Shown piece by piece: positions 62,800-64,000 of a DNA stretch of 64,000 nt. The translations under genes and the position numbers were made by a program. Below the pieces are notes generated by a model, which saw only the letters and a program-made list of their open reading frames with translations, made no database searches and had not been told where the DNA came from. This DNA comes from Octopus sinensis (lineage: Eukaryota), in the NCBI RefSeq assembly GCF_006345805.1, contig NC_043006.1:62000001-62064000 (forward strand), written 5' to 3'. Within the stretch, counting starts at the first letter, position 1; every line of letters starts with the position of its first letter.

Positions 62800-63042
62800 G
62801 ATGATGATGATGATGGTGGTGGTAGTGGTGGTGGTGGTGATGATGATGACGATGATGATGCTGATGACGATGATGATGATGATGATTATGATGACGATGA
62901 TGATGGTGATGATTATGATGATGATGATAATAGGGAGGAGGGGAGAACGGAAGAAGAAGAAGAAGAAGAAGAAGAAGAAGAAGAAGAAGAAGAAGAAGAA
63001 GAAGAAGAAGAAGAAGAAGAAGAAGAAGAAGAAGAAGAAGAA
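62742..63042. repeat. Compound trinucleotide tract ATT > ATG > GTG > ATG > GAA
   Basis: Directly visible. Confidence 0.95.
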
Positions 63043-63539
63043 AATCGTTCGACCTGATTTGCTAACGGCTGGACGTGTTATTCGCTGCTGTGACCAATCA
63101 GCAGCTGTAAACTAAAGCAAACAAGCTGTACTACTGAAAAATGCCTTTACAACTTACAGTTTTCTTTGTCCGCACACGCACATAATCATAATATTTTATA
63201 TAACTTTTAAAACTTGAATTGCAACAATTTTCTGTGAATATTGAAAATTACGTTTTACTCTGATAATTCGAATATGTAAATATCACTTTTATAGCAAGAA
63301 CACTCTTAAACGCCAGCTGCTATGCAACTTAAGCAACTTCAAGTTATGTGACTCTCTGTGAGTACATAATCCCTTAATTTCTTTTAGCCTCCATAACAGG
63401 CAAACTCAAAGCAATTCGCAGAACTGATAACAAATGCAGATGGTAAGAAATAGTCTTATCTCAAACTGCACAGAAACTATAACTGTAAGGCAAAGCAAAT
63501 TGTTTTTTTACTATTATAAAAAATGAAATGAATCAACGG

Positions 63540-63609
<70 letters not shown>

Positions 63610-64000
63610 TTTTATATATGAGGATAATATCGATATTTAAGTGTCGAAATTATCAAGTGGCCAGCATGAAAGAAATACCTTACAAAGGTAAAAAAAATTT
63701 TAACAATTAAAAATGAGGGTGTCTAAAAGACACCAACATGCCGAAATAGCAGTCGAAACTCTGACTATAAAACCACGTTAAGTGTTCATATCGCACCATG
63801 AGGTAAAGCGGAGGGACAAAACATACAAGCAAAAATTATTGAATAATTCAAAATCCAAGGATTTCTGGTTATGCTTTAGATAAGCTTTACCGTCATCAAT
63901 TGAATATATCAAGGGTACATAAATACAGATATATATATGCACAGCAAACGATATACTTACATATACGAGCGTCGTACATACATACATATGCACGTATGGA

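Overview
AT-rich, microsatellite-dense animal genomic DNA. The tRNA-derived SINE with an internal TA/CA tract and the repeat landscape suggest an octopus or other cephalopod (inference). I could not support any intact host gene or exon; almost all long ORFs in the track are translated microsatellites or transposon debris. Recognisable content: (1) a nearly full-length but frameshifted R4/Dong-like RLE non-LTR retrotransposon (11.1-15.3 kb) plus six shorter fragments, mostly in (TAA)n tracts; (2) five decayed mariner elements, two abutting at a TATA; (3) two Penelope-like GIY-YIG remnants; (4) CR1/L2-like and Gypsy fragments; (5) at least eight tRNA-derived SINE copies. The most notable signal is a set of minimal type I hammerhead-ribozyme motifs in short microsatellite-flanked modules. 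One at 38769-38831 (minus) has a complete catalytic core and all three stems, and about six more are decayed. Also present are two long fold-back palindromes, a pre-miRNA-like hairpin beside a perfect 44-bp palindrome, and a duplicated block that opens with a conserved C(UUCG)G hairpin. All pairings and translations were done by eye; no searches or folding programs were run.
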